Shown: piece by piece, positions 48,205 through 58,988 of the stretch | Layout of the letters: every line of letters begins with the position of its first letter | Position numbering within the stretch: position 1 is the stretch's first letter | Source of the DNA: a virus | Reading direction: 5' to 3' (one strand) | Length of the DNA stretch: 64,000 nt | IMG/VR virus record: IMGVR_UViG_3300044609_000960 | Coordinates: 1-64,000 of that record | Made by a program: the position numbers and the translations under genes | The notes under the pieces: generated by a model | What the model was told of the DNA's origin: nothing | What the model saw: the letters and a program-made list of their open reading frames with translations, nothing else | The model's database searches: none

Positions 48205-48512
48205 TGACATATAGACGTAAAGTAAAAAATCAAAAAGCAGAAGAACCTGAGAATAATATTGAGTTGTTTTCTGAAGAAAGAACTCTTCCAACAATTGAAG
48301 AAGTAGAAGAAAATATTAAAAAGGTGATTGAAATAGATAAAATGATTGAAAAAACTTTAGAAAAACTTGACGCGCTTCCAAACGTCTCCCAACCACCTGC
48401 CCCTACTGGTAAAGTTTTTATAGGCGAGGAGGATAAGAGGTTATTCAAACGTTTCAATCAACATATTATTAAGAAACTCGGGATTACCGGAAATAGATCC
48501 TTCAAACTCTGA
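48204..48512 (+). CDS. Hypothetical protein
   Basis: TAATG overlap. Confidence 0.65.
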   Translation: MTYRRKVKNQKAEEPENNIELFSEERTLPTIEEVEENIKKVIEIDKMIEKTLEKLDALPNVSQPPAPTGKVFIGEEDKRLFKRFNQHIIKKLGITGNRSFKL

Positions 48513-48539
48513 TATAATTGTATCAGAGATAACAATTTT

Positions 48540-48950
48540 ATGAAGCCTGAATTAATCGATGCTTATATGGATATTGCAGAAAGATTTGCTCAGGTTTCTA
48601 AATGTAATAGGCTTAAAGTAGGTGCTATAATTGTTAAAAACGGATCGATTTTGGCTCATGGGTGGAATGGAACACCTAGTGGATATAGGACTAATTGCTG
48701 CGAAGATGAGAATGGAGTAACATCTCCATTTGTTCTACATGCAGAGCAAAATGTCCTTGTTAAGATGGCAAAATCAACAGAGTCTATTGAAGGAGCCGAA
48801 TTGTTTTGCACCCATTCACCGTGTTCTGAATGCTCAAAGCTTCTTGCGCAGAGCGGAATTAAAAAGGTATATTTTAAACATAAGTATAGAATCACAGAAG
48901 GGATCGAAGTTTTAAACGCACTTGGTGTAGAGACTCAGGAGGTCCCATGA
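48540..48950 (+). CDS. dCMP deaminase
   Basis: S.C.R.KVGA, GWNGTP, HAEQN, THSPCSEC. Confidence 0.92.
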   Translation: MKPELIDAYMDIAERFAQVSKCNRLKVGAIIVKNGSILAHGWNGTPSGYRTNCCEDENGVTSPFVLHAEQNVLVKMAKSTESIEGAELFCTHSPCSECSKLLAQSGIKKVYFKHKYRITEGIEVLNALGVETQEVP

Positions 48951-49309
48951 ATTTCAATACAGATGAAGAAAAACAAGCACTTAAAAACTCTCTGCTTAAT
49001 ACAGAAAACCTTAATGAAACCTTAGAGTGCTTAGAACATGTCCTAATTCATAGGACGCCTTTTGCTCTTTATGTTGCCACAGCTGATAGGGTGGATTGTA
49101 TGTGGATATTTGATCCAGATACAGTCTATGAGATGGTTGGAGGAATGGATAAATATATCTCTGTTTATGATGAGATGTTTCCTACTGACGAAGATAAATC
49201 GGTTGGTGTAGTATTTTTTATATTAAAAAAAGTCGGACCTTTATACTCGATCCGACTCAGTATTGAGATTATTGAAGAGATTATTGAAGAATTATACGAA
49301 AACGTTTAA
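48947..49309 (+). CDS. Hypothetical protein
   Basis: ATGA overlap. Confidence 0.7.
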   Translation: MNFNTDEEKQALKNSLLNTENLNETLECLEHVLIHRTPFALYVATADRVDCMWIFDPDTVYEMVGGMDKYISVYDEMFPTDEDKSVGVVFFILKKVGPLYSIRLSIEIIEEIIEELYENV

Positions 49310-50170
49310 TTTTTTAAGCGCAAAAATTACTTCATTGATCTTTTTTGCAATCAGTCTATTTATATCTCGTTTGTAAGAAGATCCGGCATTTACAGTTTTA
49401 TTTGTTGGAATAACAGCTAATTTTGTATCTGGAGTAGCAGTATCAAAAGCAGTAATTTGAAACTCTACATCAAATCCATTAGCATCTTCTGCAATAAATA
49501 TATCACCGAGATTTAACTCTCCGGTAAAATCTGTGCCACTTCCAGTAACAATACCACCAGATATACTAATAGTACCTGAATAATATAAAGAGTTTTGCTC
49601 AATCTCTAAAACGTCGATTGCTTCAGTTTGTGACTCTGGAGTCACTGTTTCTAACGCTAATACTCTAGACGCAAGAGTCTGAATATCTACATCATGGGTA
49701 TTAATTCTACTTGTTAAATCATTCTGATTGATTGTAAGCTCTTGAATTTTTTCCCTTTCATTACTAATGTTACTTTGCAAATTCTCCTCTAGGGTGTTAA
49801 TATCATCCTCTAGAAGTTGGAATGCCGTCTCAAGATTTGATATTGACGTAGAAGTTGCCTCTGAAAGAGCTGATTGAGCAGAGGCAATTGCAGTTGTAAA
49901 AATTCTTAAATCGCGGACTTTAGCGTATGTTCTGTCCGCAAAACGAACATTAACAAGTCCCATTTCAGTTGTAGGATCAACAGATTCTGCCAGGCTTACA
50001 CCAAGCTTTAGTCCAGTTTTAACCCCACTACCATCTTCGACAAAGATCGTTCCCTCAGTAGTTAATCCATCTTGGGAAAGAACTTCTCCAGTTGTTGAGA
50101 TTTCCTGCCTGGAGATATTTAATAACCCTCCGGCATAATCTTCGATAAAACGAAAACGTAAGTCAGCCAT
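49292..50170 (-). CDS. Virion fibre-like protein with coiled coil
   Basis: Central coiled coil; GTISISGGIVTGSGTDFT domain also seen in the sheath. Confidence 0.65.
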   Translation of the reverse strand: MADLRFRFIEDYAGGLLNISRQEISTTGEVLSQDGLTTEGTIFVEDGSGVKTGLKLGVSLAESVDPTTEMGLVNVRFADRTYAKVRDLRIFTTAIASAQSALSEATSTSISNLETAFQLLEDDINTLEENLQSNISNEREKIQELTINQNDLTSRINTHDVDIQTLASRVLALETVTPESQTEAIDVLEIEQNSLYYSGTISISGGIVTGSGTDFTGELNLGDIFIAEDANGFDVEFQITAFDTATPDTKLAVIPTNKTVNAGSSYKRDINRLIAKKINEVIFALKKLNVFV

Positions 50171-50978
50171 AATATTCTTTAATCAGAGATTCTTCAAGAT
50201 TAGTGGTAAAAAATGCGTACATCTGGGGAGGGATTATTGACACCGGAGGCGGATTGTCCCACAAAACAAGCCAATTGTTACATAGCAACATTCTGATCTT
50301 AGAGGCAATACGTCTATTCCCCCAGTCTATCTCAGTTCCTCTAAGATCCAAAACTGTCTCATAGGTTTTTCTAAACATCGAAAATTGTCTATTCGATGAA
50401 GATGTTTGCACTGGGCGAAAATCTCTGAGAAGTCTTTCCTGTAAAGTTGAAGATAAATTACAATTTTTAGCAATTAATGCCTTTATTCCTTTATTATTAC
50501 CAAGATTAATAACATCAAGGGCTTGACAATTTGAAATATTTAAAACTTCTAGATTTGGAGCATCTGTAATAAATACTCCTCTCATGTTTCTATTACCTTC
50601 AAGGTTTATATACTTCAACCTATTCCGCGTTAAATTAAAATTTGCGTGGACTAATGTATTCTTTTGGAGATTGATTTTTTCAATTTTAGGGTCTATGATG
50701 GTATTTGTTTTTGTATCTATCCAATGATCTTCCCAAGTTAAAATATCTTGGTTTGTTAATTTGAGTTCTTTTAGCGGACCATCATATCTGTCATCTATAT
50801 TAACCTCAAGCAAAAAAGAATCGTTCATTTGCTTGTAAAGTTTTGCTGAATTATTTACATAAGAACCAGAAGGATCTGGCATCTCAAAATAATTAAAGTT
50901 CTCAGGTGATTTAAGTCCGAACGATAATGTTTTTATGTCCTTTGAAGAAACTTTAAAAAATGAATGAAATTTTTTCAT
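50163..50978 (-). CDS. Leucine-rich-repeat protein
   Basis: IEKINL, LKYINLEGN, LEVLNISNC, IKALIAKNC repeats. Confidence 0.7.
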   Translation of the reverse strand: MKKFHSFFKVSSKDIKTLSFGLKSPENFNYFEMPDPSGSYVNNSAKLYKQMNDSFLLEVNIDDRYDGPLKELKLTNQDILTWEDHWIDTKTNTIIDPKIEKINLQKNTLVHANFNLTRNRLKYINLEGNRNMRGVFITDAPNLEVLNISNCQALDVINLGNNKGIKALIAKNCNLSSTLQERLLRDFRPVQTSSSNRQFSMFRKTYETVLDLRGTEIDWGNRRIASKIRMLLCNNWLVLWDNPPPVSIIPPQMYAFFTTNLEESLIKEYYG

Positions 50979-53900
50979 TTCAGTCTGCCTCCAGCTAAGG
51001 TCTTAGGACAAAAACCTAGAAAATAATTACCTTCAAATGGTATAGAAAACTTCTTACATTTAATAATATTCATACAAATTTGATATTCAAATGGTGAATC
51101 GAATGTAGCGCAGTTAAATTCTGCGTTCTTTTCAAGTTTTGCTTTTATACCTTCAATAATTCCAAACTCTGTATTATTATACTCACTAACTTCTCCTCCT
51201 CCAGAATTAAATACCAGTGGTAATCCACCAATATTAGAAGAGATAGGTTCACCTCTATTTCCAAACCCTTCTATATCCGCGCCAAGTAATGAAACATATG
51301 CCGGTGGAGTGTTATATTCTGAAGTAGAAACAAAAGCCTTGGATGGCTTAAATTCTAAGAAAGACCCTAATGGACGATCTATTGAGATTGTTTGTGGAGA
51401 CAATCCAGGAACAGTTTTATATTCTTCTGGGAATAGAGACTTATTTATTTGATTAACACATCTTTCATCTGAATTTGCATATAATGCTTCGCAGTCTTCT
51501 CCACCAAATCTTCGACAAGAAGCTATTGGATCAAACGCAGAAAATAACTCAGCGGGGATGGGAAATTGATTGGAAGGTTTTTGGATATATGATACTCCTA
51601 ATACGTTAGATTGTATAGGGGAAGTTAATTCTTCATCTGCATATATACCTGGGACCTTGTATTCTATGGGTGAGACTATTAAGTCTTTTGGAGGAGTTTC
51701 GTAGGAAGTTGCAGGTTTCCAAGAAATATCCCTAGATAAATTTCTTGTGATGGCAGATGATTCATCAGTTTGATTAATTAGATTAATTAATTTATTCTCC
51801 TCTGCAAATTTAATAAAGTTATTAACTAGATTAGAAGTAATTGCTTTGGGGATCTGTGATAATACATTTATTTGAGGATTCTGAGAAAATAAAACCCGGT
51901 ATTGTTCTGGGGTTATTGAGTTTATTACTGGGATACGATTAGGTATTCTGGAGTTACCAATACCTGGAGATTCAAGAATTGGAGCATTTCCAGCAAAACT
52001 CTTGATAGAGATAATATTTTCTTCGTCAGAAGAGGATAATAATTGAGAAACAACATTACTCAACGACTCATATGTTTTATTCTGAGCATTTAATAACGTT
52101 TCTAATTTATCATTACCTTCAGATGTATATGTGTAATCAAGATTAGATTCGAAAATGATATTAATGATATCTGTTACTTCAATAATACTTTCTAATCCAT
52201 CTATGAGTGAAAGAATACCTATAGAAGATGTACTTGGACTCAACTTAAAATTATTTAGTTGTGATGAATTTTTGTAAAATCCTAACTTTATTCCTAACCC
52301 AGTTATATTAGCGTACTGAATAAACTTTGTAAAATTACCTCCATTAAACCCATCCAACATCTGCCCTAAAGGAGTTGTTGGGGACGTTGCACCTAAAATA
52401 GAAACTAATTCTTTACCTGTTAGACCTATGGATTTATCGTAGAGATGTCTAATCGTCTCTACCGACTGAATATTACCCAGATTATCTCCAAGTTCTTTTG
52501 TCCATTGTTTTAAGGCAATAGGAACTACTTTATTAGCCTGAGGATAACTTAAGTCTGGGGTTAAAAACGGATCCGAATAATTACCTTGTATTACTTGGTC
52601 TATAATTGGTTGCAGAAGTTCGATATTATCTTTTGACTTTATAATATTCTCTTGGCCTGATTGAAATAGATATGTAATCGACTCAAGAAGAGTGAGGTTA
52701 TTCTGCCCAAGTAACTTTGTAAACTTAATAAGTTGATTCGGATCGACGGCATATGTCAATCCGATCAATAATCCAACTAATTTTGGATATTGATTTATTT
52801 GGATATATGTTGCTTTTGATTTATCTTTTTGTGCAATTGCAAGAATATTCAGTAATCCGTCTATGTCTGATGTAGAATATAAGAATGAAAGATACGCATT
52901 AATACCATCTTCTCCCCCAATCTCATATATTAATTGCGATAACTCAAATCCCTTAAAGAAAGATTTAAGATCATTAGAATCTGAAAGTGGAGAAAAAGAT
53001 GTAATTAGTTCGGAGAAACTATTAGCATTTAATAAGCCATTAATCTCTGAATCCTTAAAACCTAATGATCTTAAGAATGAGATTATTGCAGTATTTTGGG
53101 ATTGGAACGATTTTGTCCCAATATTCGGTATATAAGAAAAGGAGGAAATACTTAACTTTTTAAGTGTATCTACAATTGTTTTTACTTGTTCGTTAATAAC
53201 ATTTGATACATTTAAGATAAACTCTAGAGACTTACCTGGCAGTTGAGTAAATATAAAAGTATTTGAGAGTCTTACATACGAGTCTATCAGATATCTAATA
53301 TTTCCAGAAAATCCAGGACCGACACCAGAGGGCAAGTCATTTAAAAATGGACTAGGAGGAAATATTCTTTGAATTTCTTTTAGTTGAGGCTCAATAGAAC
53401 CCAGACCTTCATACCCACTTAATTGACCCCTTGAATCTAATGAATTTAAAATAGATCCAGTTAAGTCACCTAAGTATAGGCATCTGTTATATAGAGTTTC
53501 TAAACCTGCTAGTAGAAGATCTATGCTAGGATTTATAGTATAACTATCTTTTTTAGATTTTGGCGTATAACGATCTGCTACTCCATTCCTAAACTGGACA
53601 AATATTGGATTATATGTAATTGTTTTTTGAGCAATATTAATCCCTTCTGGGATTTGTTGTCCATGGATAAAAGTCTTTAACTTTAAAAATCCCTTTAAGA
53701 AATTAAGTCCAGGGATTCTATTTGTTGTAATTTTTGATAAGAAAAGAACATCAAATCTTCCAAATGAAGTTTGATTATTGATTATTTCAAATGCGTTACT
53801 CTTATTACGTCCGTAAGCGCAAGCAAGAAGAAACTCTGAATATTTAGTAATATATTCCACACCACCAAGCACTGAACCTTCATACCCACCAAAATAATCG

Positions 53901-54865
53901 GTGAGAAGTTTCATTCGTTTGATTGTGCTAAATAAAGTTTTTCCCTCACCACCAAAAGTCGTAGTAAGAAGATCCTCATTTACTGATACTGGATCTGAAT
54001 ATTCAACGATCTTTGAGTCTGACGAGATAGCATTAATATCAAATCCATTATCTAAAAATCCTGCATAATACTGCTGGATATTTTTGTCGTAGATTTCTTT
54101 AAAAGTAGCTAATGAATTAAGTCTTTTAGAAGTATATTTTGTCCATTGTTCTTCTTCAAAAATCTCACGATTAGGAGAAGTTACATTCGAATTTAACTTA
54201 TATAACGAACCATTATAAATGATCAAATCATTATAAGTAATATTAATTCTATATTGTGATTTACCAATTTTTCCAGCTACCCTATTATATCCTAAGGGTG
54301 AGTATGAAGTAGCATCAGAAAGTTCTTTAAATACTTCCCAATATCGTTCTTTAGGAAATAAAGTATAAATTTTTCTACTATCTCTATTGATTTCTTTAGG
54401 TGAGAAAATAAATTGATCCTCTGAGTACTGATATTCTTGAGGTGTTTGTAAAATATCGAATACAGATGAAGATGAGAAAAAATTTATATCAGATACACTA
54501 GTTTTAATAAGTTGGCCATATTCTTTAATGGTACGTAAAAACTCAATGTATACTCCAGGCACTTCGTTTACATATGACTCAACTACTGAAATAATCGAGT
54601 CAAACAACTCAACTGGGTAAGGTTGACCTATCCCTACTACAAATAGTCCCTCAAGAATTATAGATTTTAATGGCTCTAGTAGTACCGGATCTCCATTCTC
54701 AATCCGATCAATAATCAAAGGTAGGAGTTGGTTGATTAGGGCTGATAACTCCTTTCGTTGTTTATCTGTATTAAACGCACCAAATTCTCTCTCATACAAG
54801 GAAAATCCTTGAGAGATGATTAATGGAATTCTCGGTTTTAGTAACTCTATGAAAGGAGAACTCAT
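50975..54865 (-). CDS. Large (1296 aa) unknown protein, probably late/virion
   Basis: Long AT-rich ORF; GTTTAAAG 22 nt upstream; Cys-rich C-terminus. Confidence 0.8.
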   Translation of the reverse strand: MSSPFIELLKPRIPLIISQGFSLYEREFGAFNTDKQRKELSALINQLLPLIIDRIENGDPVLLEPLKSIILEGLFVVGIGQPYPVELFDSIISVVESYVNEVPGVYIEFLRTIKEYGQLIKTSVSDINFFSSSSVFDILQTPQEYQYSEDQFIFSPKEINRDSRKIYTLFPKERYWEVFKELSDATSYSPLGYNRVAGKIGKSQYRINITYNDLIIYNGSLYKLNSNVTSPNREIFEEEQWTKYTSKRLNSLATFKEIYDKNIQQYYAGFLDNGFDINAISSDSKIVEYSDPVSVNEDLLTTTFGGEGKTLFSTIKRMKLLTDYFGGYEGSVLGGVEYITKYSEFLLACAYGRNKSNAFEIINNQTSFGRFDVLFLSKITTNRIPGLNFLKGFLKLKTFIHGQQIPEGINIAQKTITYNPIFVQFRNGVADRYTPKSKKDSYTINPSIDLLLAGLETLYNRCLYLGDLTGSILNSLDSRGQLSGYEGLGSIEPQLKEIQRIFPPSPFLNDLPSGVGPGFSGNIRYLIDSYVRLSNTFIFTQLPGKSLEFILNVSNVINEQVKTIVDTLKKLSISSFSYIPNIGTKSFQSQNTAIISFLRSLGFKDSEINGLLNANSFSELITSFSPLSDSNDLKSFFKGFELSQLIYEIGGEDGINAYLSFLYSTSDIDGLLNILAIAQKDKSKATYIQINQYPKLVGLLIGLTYAVDPNQLIKFTKLLGQNNLTLLESITYLFQSGQENIIKSKDNIELLQPIIDQVIQGNYSDPFLTPDLSYPQANKVVPIALKQWTKELGDNLGNIQSVETIRHLYDKSIGLTGKELVSILGATSPTTPLGQMLDGFNGGNFTKFIQYANITGLGIKLGFYKNSSQLNNFKLSPSTSSIGILSLIDGLESIIEVTDIINIIFESNLDYTYTSEGNDKLETLLNAQNKTYESLSNVVSQLLSSSDEENIISIKSFAGNAPILESPGIGNSRIPNRIPVINSITPEQYRVLFSQNPQINVLSQIPKAITSNLVNNFIKFAEENKLINLINQTDESSAITRNLSRDISWKPATSYETPPKDLIVSPIEYKVPGIYADEELTSPIQSNVLGVSYIQKPSNQFPIPAELFSAFDPIASCRRFGGEDCEALYANSDERCVNQINKSLFPEEYKTVPGLSPQTISIDRPLGSFLEFKPSKAFVSTSEYNTPPAYVSLLGADIEGFGNRGEPISSNIGGLPLVFNSGGGEVSEYNNTEFGIIEGIKAKLEKNAEFNCATFDSPFEYQICMNIIKCKKFSIPFEGNYFLGFCPKTLAGGRLK

Positions 54866-54930
54866 CTGCTACACATACTTTTCTAAACTTTAAACTTTGA
54901 GTTTAAAGCTTTGAGACTTAAATAGATCCG

Positions 54931-55380
54931 ATGCAATCAAAAGTTTCTGTGCTCCTTCTTAAGGGTAAAAATGTCGATGAGATGTCCGACATGAATAAGA
55001 TGGCAGTGCATCTTGAGCAAATGCTCACAGAAAAAGATGGGGTGGATTTTAAAACTCGTCAAGGACTTACTGACCCATCGATAAAGTCTTCTGATTTTAT
55101 TGTACTTTGCGGATATGACTGTGGAATACTATCAGAACTTTTTAAGGCATTGAGTGTTATTGAAGGAATGGATGGAGATGAAGGTCCTATAGTCTTCTTG
55201 TATGAAGAACCAGGCGTGTCTGTATATGAGCGAATTAACTACATTCTGACCGAAGGAATGGATTTAAGGCGTATATCTCCAAAGGTTTTTAAGAAAGTTG
55301 TTGACACTACCTCCTACCGTGATATAATTGGGTATATCGACGTATCTTTGCGCAAACTTGGAACTGCAACAGCTGCTTAG
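54931..55380 (+). CDS. Divergent LOG/SLOG-like Rossmannoid protein
   Basis: SDFIVLCGYDCGILSELF resembles LOG D.FI.LPGG.GTLEELF. Confidence 0.45.
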   Translation: MQSKVSVLLLKGKNVDEMSDMNKMAVHLEQMLTEKDGVDFKTRQGLTDPSIKSSDFIVLCGYDCGILSELFKALSVIEGMDGDEGPIVFLYEEPGVSVYERINYILTEGMDLRRISPKVFKKVVDTTSYRDIIGYIDVSLRKLGTATAA

Positions 55381-56350
55381 TATTGCCACGGAATTGAGAA
55401 CAGAGCAGGGATCTCCATTGCTCTCAAGTGAGCTTATCCTTGAAAGGATTCTTGAGTACGATAAGTGGAAAACAGAAGCCACATTTAGTCACGAGTTACA
55501 ACTTGAGGAGTTAAGGCAATCATCCTCAACTCCACGTAAACAAACCGCATTTAAGTCCGATCCAGAATTCTCCGAAGAAGATAAAAAATTTAATATTATT
55601 AGTTCTTATGGAACATGTAATGAAAAACATCTAGGGCTAATATCTAAAACAAAGGTATGGGAAGGGGCTAATGAACGTTCCCTGAGGTTGTTTGAGAACT
55701 GGTATTCACACATCCAAGATAACAATATCCTTCCATTAAAAGACCTAAAAGAAGGGCGAATTAAAATGCTTCTTCTGGCATTTTTATGGGCTTCTGGATG
55801 TGCCCATAGGGCCCACAAATGGCCTGATGCTCCAGATATTTACTATATCGATGCTCTCAAAAAAGATCTAGAAGGACGATTTTCTAAATTCAGTAAGCAT
55901 AGTATTGTTGCAGCATATGAATCTCTTAAAATCTTTTGGAAAGAGATTAATGACTATGAACAATGTCCTTTTAACATCACTCTAATTGGCCATATACTCG
56001 ACGATGCTTATATCTATGTATCGGAAAAAGCTACCGAAGAGAATAAACTTGATATTAAAAATTCGCCGTTATTCTCTGAATTTGAAAAAGTTTTCCCCTA
56101 TGTCCCTTTGGAAATCTTGGAAAAATACTATACGAAAAATCGTAAGAACTTTGTAGCCGCTGGGGTGGCTGCTCTAAGAAAAGTTTTCACTACTAGACTC
56201 CCTGAGGAGTTAGAACACCGCTACTCAATCGGAGAATGGCCTAAAAAATGGCATCTCCATATCGCCACCTTTGAAGAAAAGTGGCAACAACAACTTTACG
56301 ATATCACTAATCAAACTCGCGAGGAGCAAAAACAATGGAAAAAGGAGTAA
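55328..56350 (+). CDS. Hypothetical helical protein (start uncertain)
   Basis: ~340-aa ORF. Confidence 0.7.
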   Translation: MGISTYLCANLELQQLLSIATELRTEQGSPLLSSELILERILEYDKWKTEATFSHELQLEELRQSSSTPRKQTAFKSDPEFSEEDKKFNIISSYGTCNEKHLGLISKTKVWEGANERSLRLFENWYSHIQDNNILPLKDLKEGRIKMLLLAFLWASGCAHRAHKWPDAPDIYYIDALKKDLEGRFSKFSKHSIVAAYESLKIFWKEINDYEQCPFNITLIGHILDDAYIYVSEKATEENKLDIKNSPLFSEFEKVFPYVPLEILEKYYTKNRKNFVAAGVAALRKVFTTRLPEELEHRYSIGEWPKKWHLHIATFEEKWQQQLYDITNQTREEQKQWKKE

Positions 56351-56526
56351 ATATCCTTACCCTAGGGCAAAATGTAATTGTCGAAGGAGCCGAAGAGGCC
56401 ATTGAAAGATATGAGAAGGGAGAAATCACTGCTGATGAACTCCGCGATATTATTCTCGATCTTGATGTAGTCTATATCGATCAGTCTAAGTTTAAAGATA
56501 AAAAAGATAATAGATCCTTAGAGTAG
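56335..56526 (+). CDS. Small hypothetical protein
   Basis: ERYEKGEITADE helix motif. Confidence 0.55.
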   Translation: MEKGVNILTLGQNVIVEGAEEAIERYEKGEITADELRDIILDLDVVYIDQSKFKDKKDNRSLE

Positions 56527-56534
56527 GTAATAGA

Positions 56535-58487
56535 ATGGCAGACGATCGCCCTTCGATAACAAAACCAAAGACCGGGTATTATGATAGATACTTTAGTCTT
56601 GGTGTGGGTCAGGGCGGCCTTGCGGGGTATAAGGCCGATCCTTATGCCTTTGCGGGTAATGGATACATCACAGGTGGCACGATCCTTCCTCGTCGTGATG
56701 ATATCCTTATTGAGGAAGGTGGTGGCGGGCCTCGAGCAATCGAGAAGTACATGCGGCTGTTTAACGACAGCCAAATTATCTCTGCGTGGGAAAAATTAAC
56801 AGGAGAGATCGTTCAGAGAAAGTGGGAGGTAGATCCTGCAAGTCCATCTGACCGTGATGAAGAGGTAGCAGAATTTGTCCGCCAAGTGCTTTATCGCATG
56901 GGGACAAATACTCGTCAGGCCTATGGCAAGGAGATGCTAGTTACATCTAACTCAGCATTTGATACTTTTATCCGAGGAATGTGTGAATCACTGATCCTAG
57001 GAATCAGTATCGGTGAGATCTGCTGGATGAGACAGGGAAACTACATCGTTCCTTCTGAAATTAAAATTAGAGACCCAAGAAGATTCCTCTTTGTACTCAA
57101 TGAAGATGGAACTATATCTCCGCGTCTTCTCACAGTGGAGAGTTCGGTAGAGGGTATTGCTTTGCCCCTCCGCTCCATGGTCATCCATAGGCACTGGTGC
57201 TATAGTAACTTCATGGATCCATATGGCACAGGACTTGGTCGCCAACTCTATAGCCTTGTGGAATTTAGACGGACTTTAATGTCCTTCTGGTTGCAATATG
57301 CCGATAAGCATACAACACCCACAGCAGTTGGTAAATTTAGCCTTGGCACCCCAGAAGACGAGGTAAATTCACTCTTTACTGCGCTCCAACGTCTTGGCCA
57401 AGAGACAGCCATCGTAATTCCTGATGAGATGGATATTAGTTGGCTTGAAAGTCAAGGCCGTTCTGAAGTGTATGAAAAACTCATCGAGTATGTTGATCAG
57501 CAGATTAGCTTTGTAATTAATGGAGAGAATACTGTTGGCCAAGAGACAGGAAATGTTGGTTCTTATGCCCGAGATCAAATCTCCGACTCGGTACGTATGC
57601 GTAAAGCTAAAGCGTTCTCAGAAGAACTTGATGAGACGCTCAATGCTACTCTTATACGATGGATTGTTGAACTTAATTATCCAGGGGCGCCTGTACCTAG
57701 ACTTCGTAGAAACTTTGATGATCTAGAACAACGTGAAGATCCAGTCAAGATTGTTCAAATGCTTACTCAACTCCAGGCTATAGGATACGAGGTCAAGGAT
57801 ATTGACTGGATGAGAGATAAACTTGAGATTCCTTCCTTAGCGAAGATGGAAATGAATCCGATGATGGGTGGTGCCCCAGGTGGAATGCCGCCCGGCGGAG
57901 CACCTCCAGAGGGTGGTGGTCAAGCACCGATGTCTGAGGACAAGAATCCAGAAGATGTGAAAAATGGTTCTATGGGAGCCTTCGGAGCCGATCCTAATGC
58001 CCATCTTGAGTTATTTGATTTCTCTGAATTCGATGAGGAAGGCGATCTTGAAGATGAGAGTCAGAAAGATAAGGTTGCTAAGATCATTGCCGCTAAATTT
58101 GATGGTGGTCTTGATGATGTTGGGTTCCAGAGAATTATTTCTACGGGTGACTCAGAGGCAGACGCATCTAACTCTAGGTATCATATTGATGAGTATACCT
58201 CGCCAGGTGAAATTGCTCATGCCGCACGAAGACTTATCGAAGAGATCAAAAAGGCTCCTTATATCTCTGTAGAAGACTCGATAATGAGTAGTTCATTTGA
58301 GATGGAACTTGGGCCTATTGAAGGTCAGATTAGAGTCGATATGGTGTCTGAATGTGATGTTGAAAAACTTATTGATCTATATTCTAAGATTTACAGACTA
58401 GATCGTAAAGTGGTATATAAAGAATGTGTAGTGGTGGATTGCCAGAAGGCTGGGTATTGGAAGTATTTTGCACCATATTTTATGTAG
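56535..58487 (+). CDS. Portal protein, Mu gp29/DUF935-like, with C-terminal extension
   Basis: GISIGEICW, PYGTGL.R.LY, W....DK...P..VGK, GSYA, LI...VELNY. Confidence 0.85.
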   Translation: MADDRPSITKPKTGYYDRYFSLGVGQGGLAGYKADPYAFAGNGYITGGTILPRRDDILIEEGGGGPRAIEKYMRLFNDSQIISAWEKLTGEIVQRKWEVDPASPSDRDEEVAEFVRQVLYRMGTNTRQAYGKEMLVTSNSAFDTFIRGMCESLILGISIGEICWMRQGNYIVPSEIKIRDPRRFLFVLNEDGTISPRLLTVESSVEGIALPLRSMVIHRHWCYSNFMDPYGTGLGRQLYSLVEFRRTLMSFWLQYADKHTTPTAVGKFSLGTPEDEVNSLFTALQRLGQETAIVIPDEMDISWLESQGRSEVYEKLIEYVDQQISFVINGENTVGQETGNVGSYARDQISDSVRMRKAKAFSEELDETLNATLIRWIVELNYPGAPVPRLRRNFDDLEQREDPVKIVQMLTQLQAIGYEVKDIDWMRDKLEIPSLAKMEMNPMMGGAPGGMPPGGAPPEGGGQAPMSEDKNPEDVKNGSMGAFGADPNAHLELFDFSEFDEEGDLEDESQKDKVAKIIAAKFDGGLDDVGFQRIISTGDSEADASNSRYHIDEYTSPGEIAHAARRLIEEIKKAPYISVEDSIMSSSFEMELGPIEGQIRVDMVSECDVEKLIDLYSKIYRLDRKVVYKECVVVDCQKAGYWKYFAPYFM

Positions 58488-58536
58488 TATGGCTTAGTTT
58501 AAATATACATTAGATATAACGTTTAGTTATCCCACC

Positions 58537-58965
58537 ATGCTAAATTATAAGCCCGTAGCACAATCACAATTTTGGATTCAGGCTTCTCCCTTTGCCCATT
58601 ATTTCACAAACTTTAGTGGCATTAGAGACACTGCCGGAACATCTCAATATGCAGATGGAGTCAGAGGTCGTATCTTCAATCTCCGTGGCCCCCGTACCCT
58701 CTCAGAAGTAACCCTCTCAGTTCCATTTGATCCTGAGAAGCACGCTGATATCGTTGACTTTTGGAAGGCCTATGGTTGTGAGTTTGTAACCCTCACCATC
58801 ACTCCAGTAACCTGTGGTGAAGATCCTCAGCCTCTCGGCCAACGTACAATCACAATTCCTGATGCCCAGATGACAAGCCTCAACTTCGGCGCTGCTGATC
58901 GTACTTCATCCAACCCAGCCACCATCGAACTTACGTTCGTGATGGACACATTTACCTACAACTGA
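58537..58965 (+). CDS. Tail tube protein
   Basis: 142 aa; F..FSG, EVTLS.PFDP, DRTSSNPATIELTF. Confidence 0.7.
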   Translation: MLNYKPVAQSQFWIQASPFAHYFTNFSGIRDTAGTSQYADGVRGRIFNLRGPRTLSEVTLSVPFDPEKHADIVDFWKAYGCEFVTLTITPVTCGEDPQPLGQRTITIPDAQMTSLNFGAADRTSSNPATIELTFVMDTFTYN

Positions 58966-58988
58966 TTCTTACTAGAGGAGGTTGAAGT

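Noticed and set aside
37658-58487. Mu-like transposable prophage
   Set aside because: Only head-module homology; no transposase, integrase or repressor; own polymerase, tRNAs and psbA point to a large lytic phage
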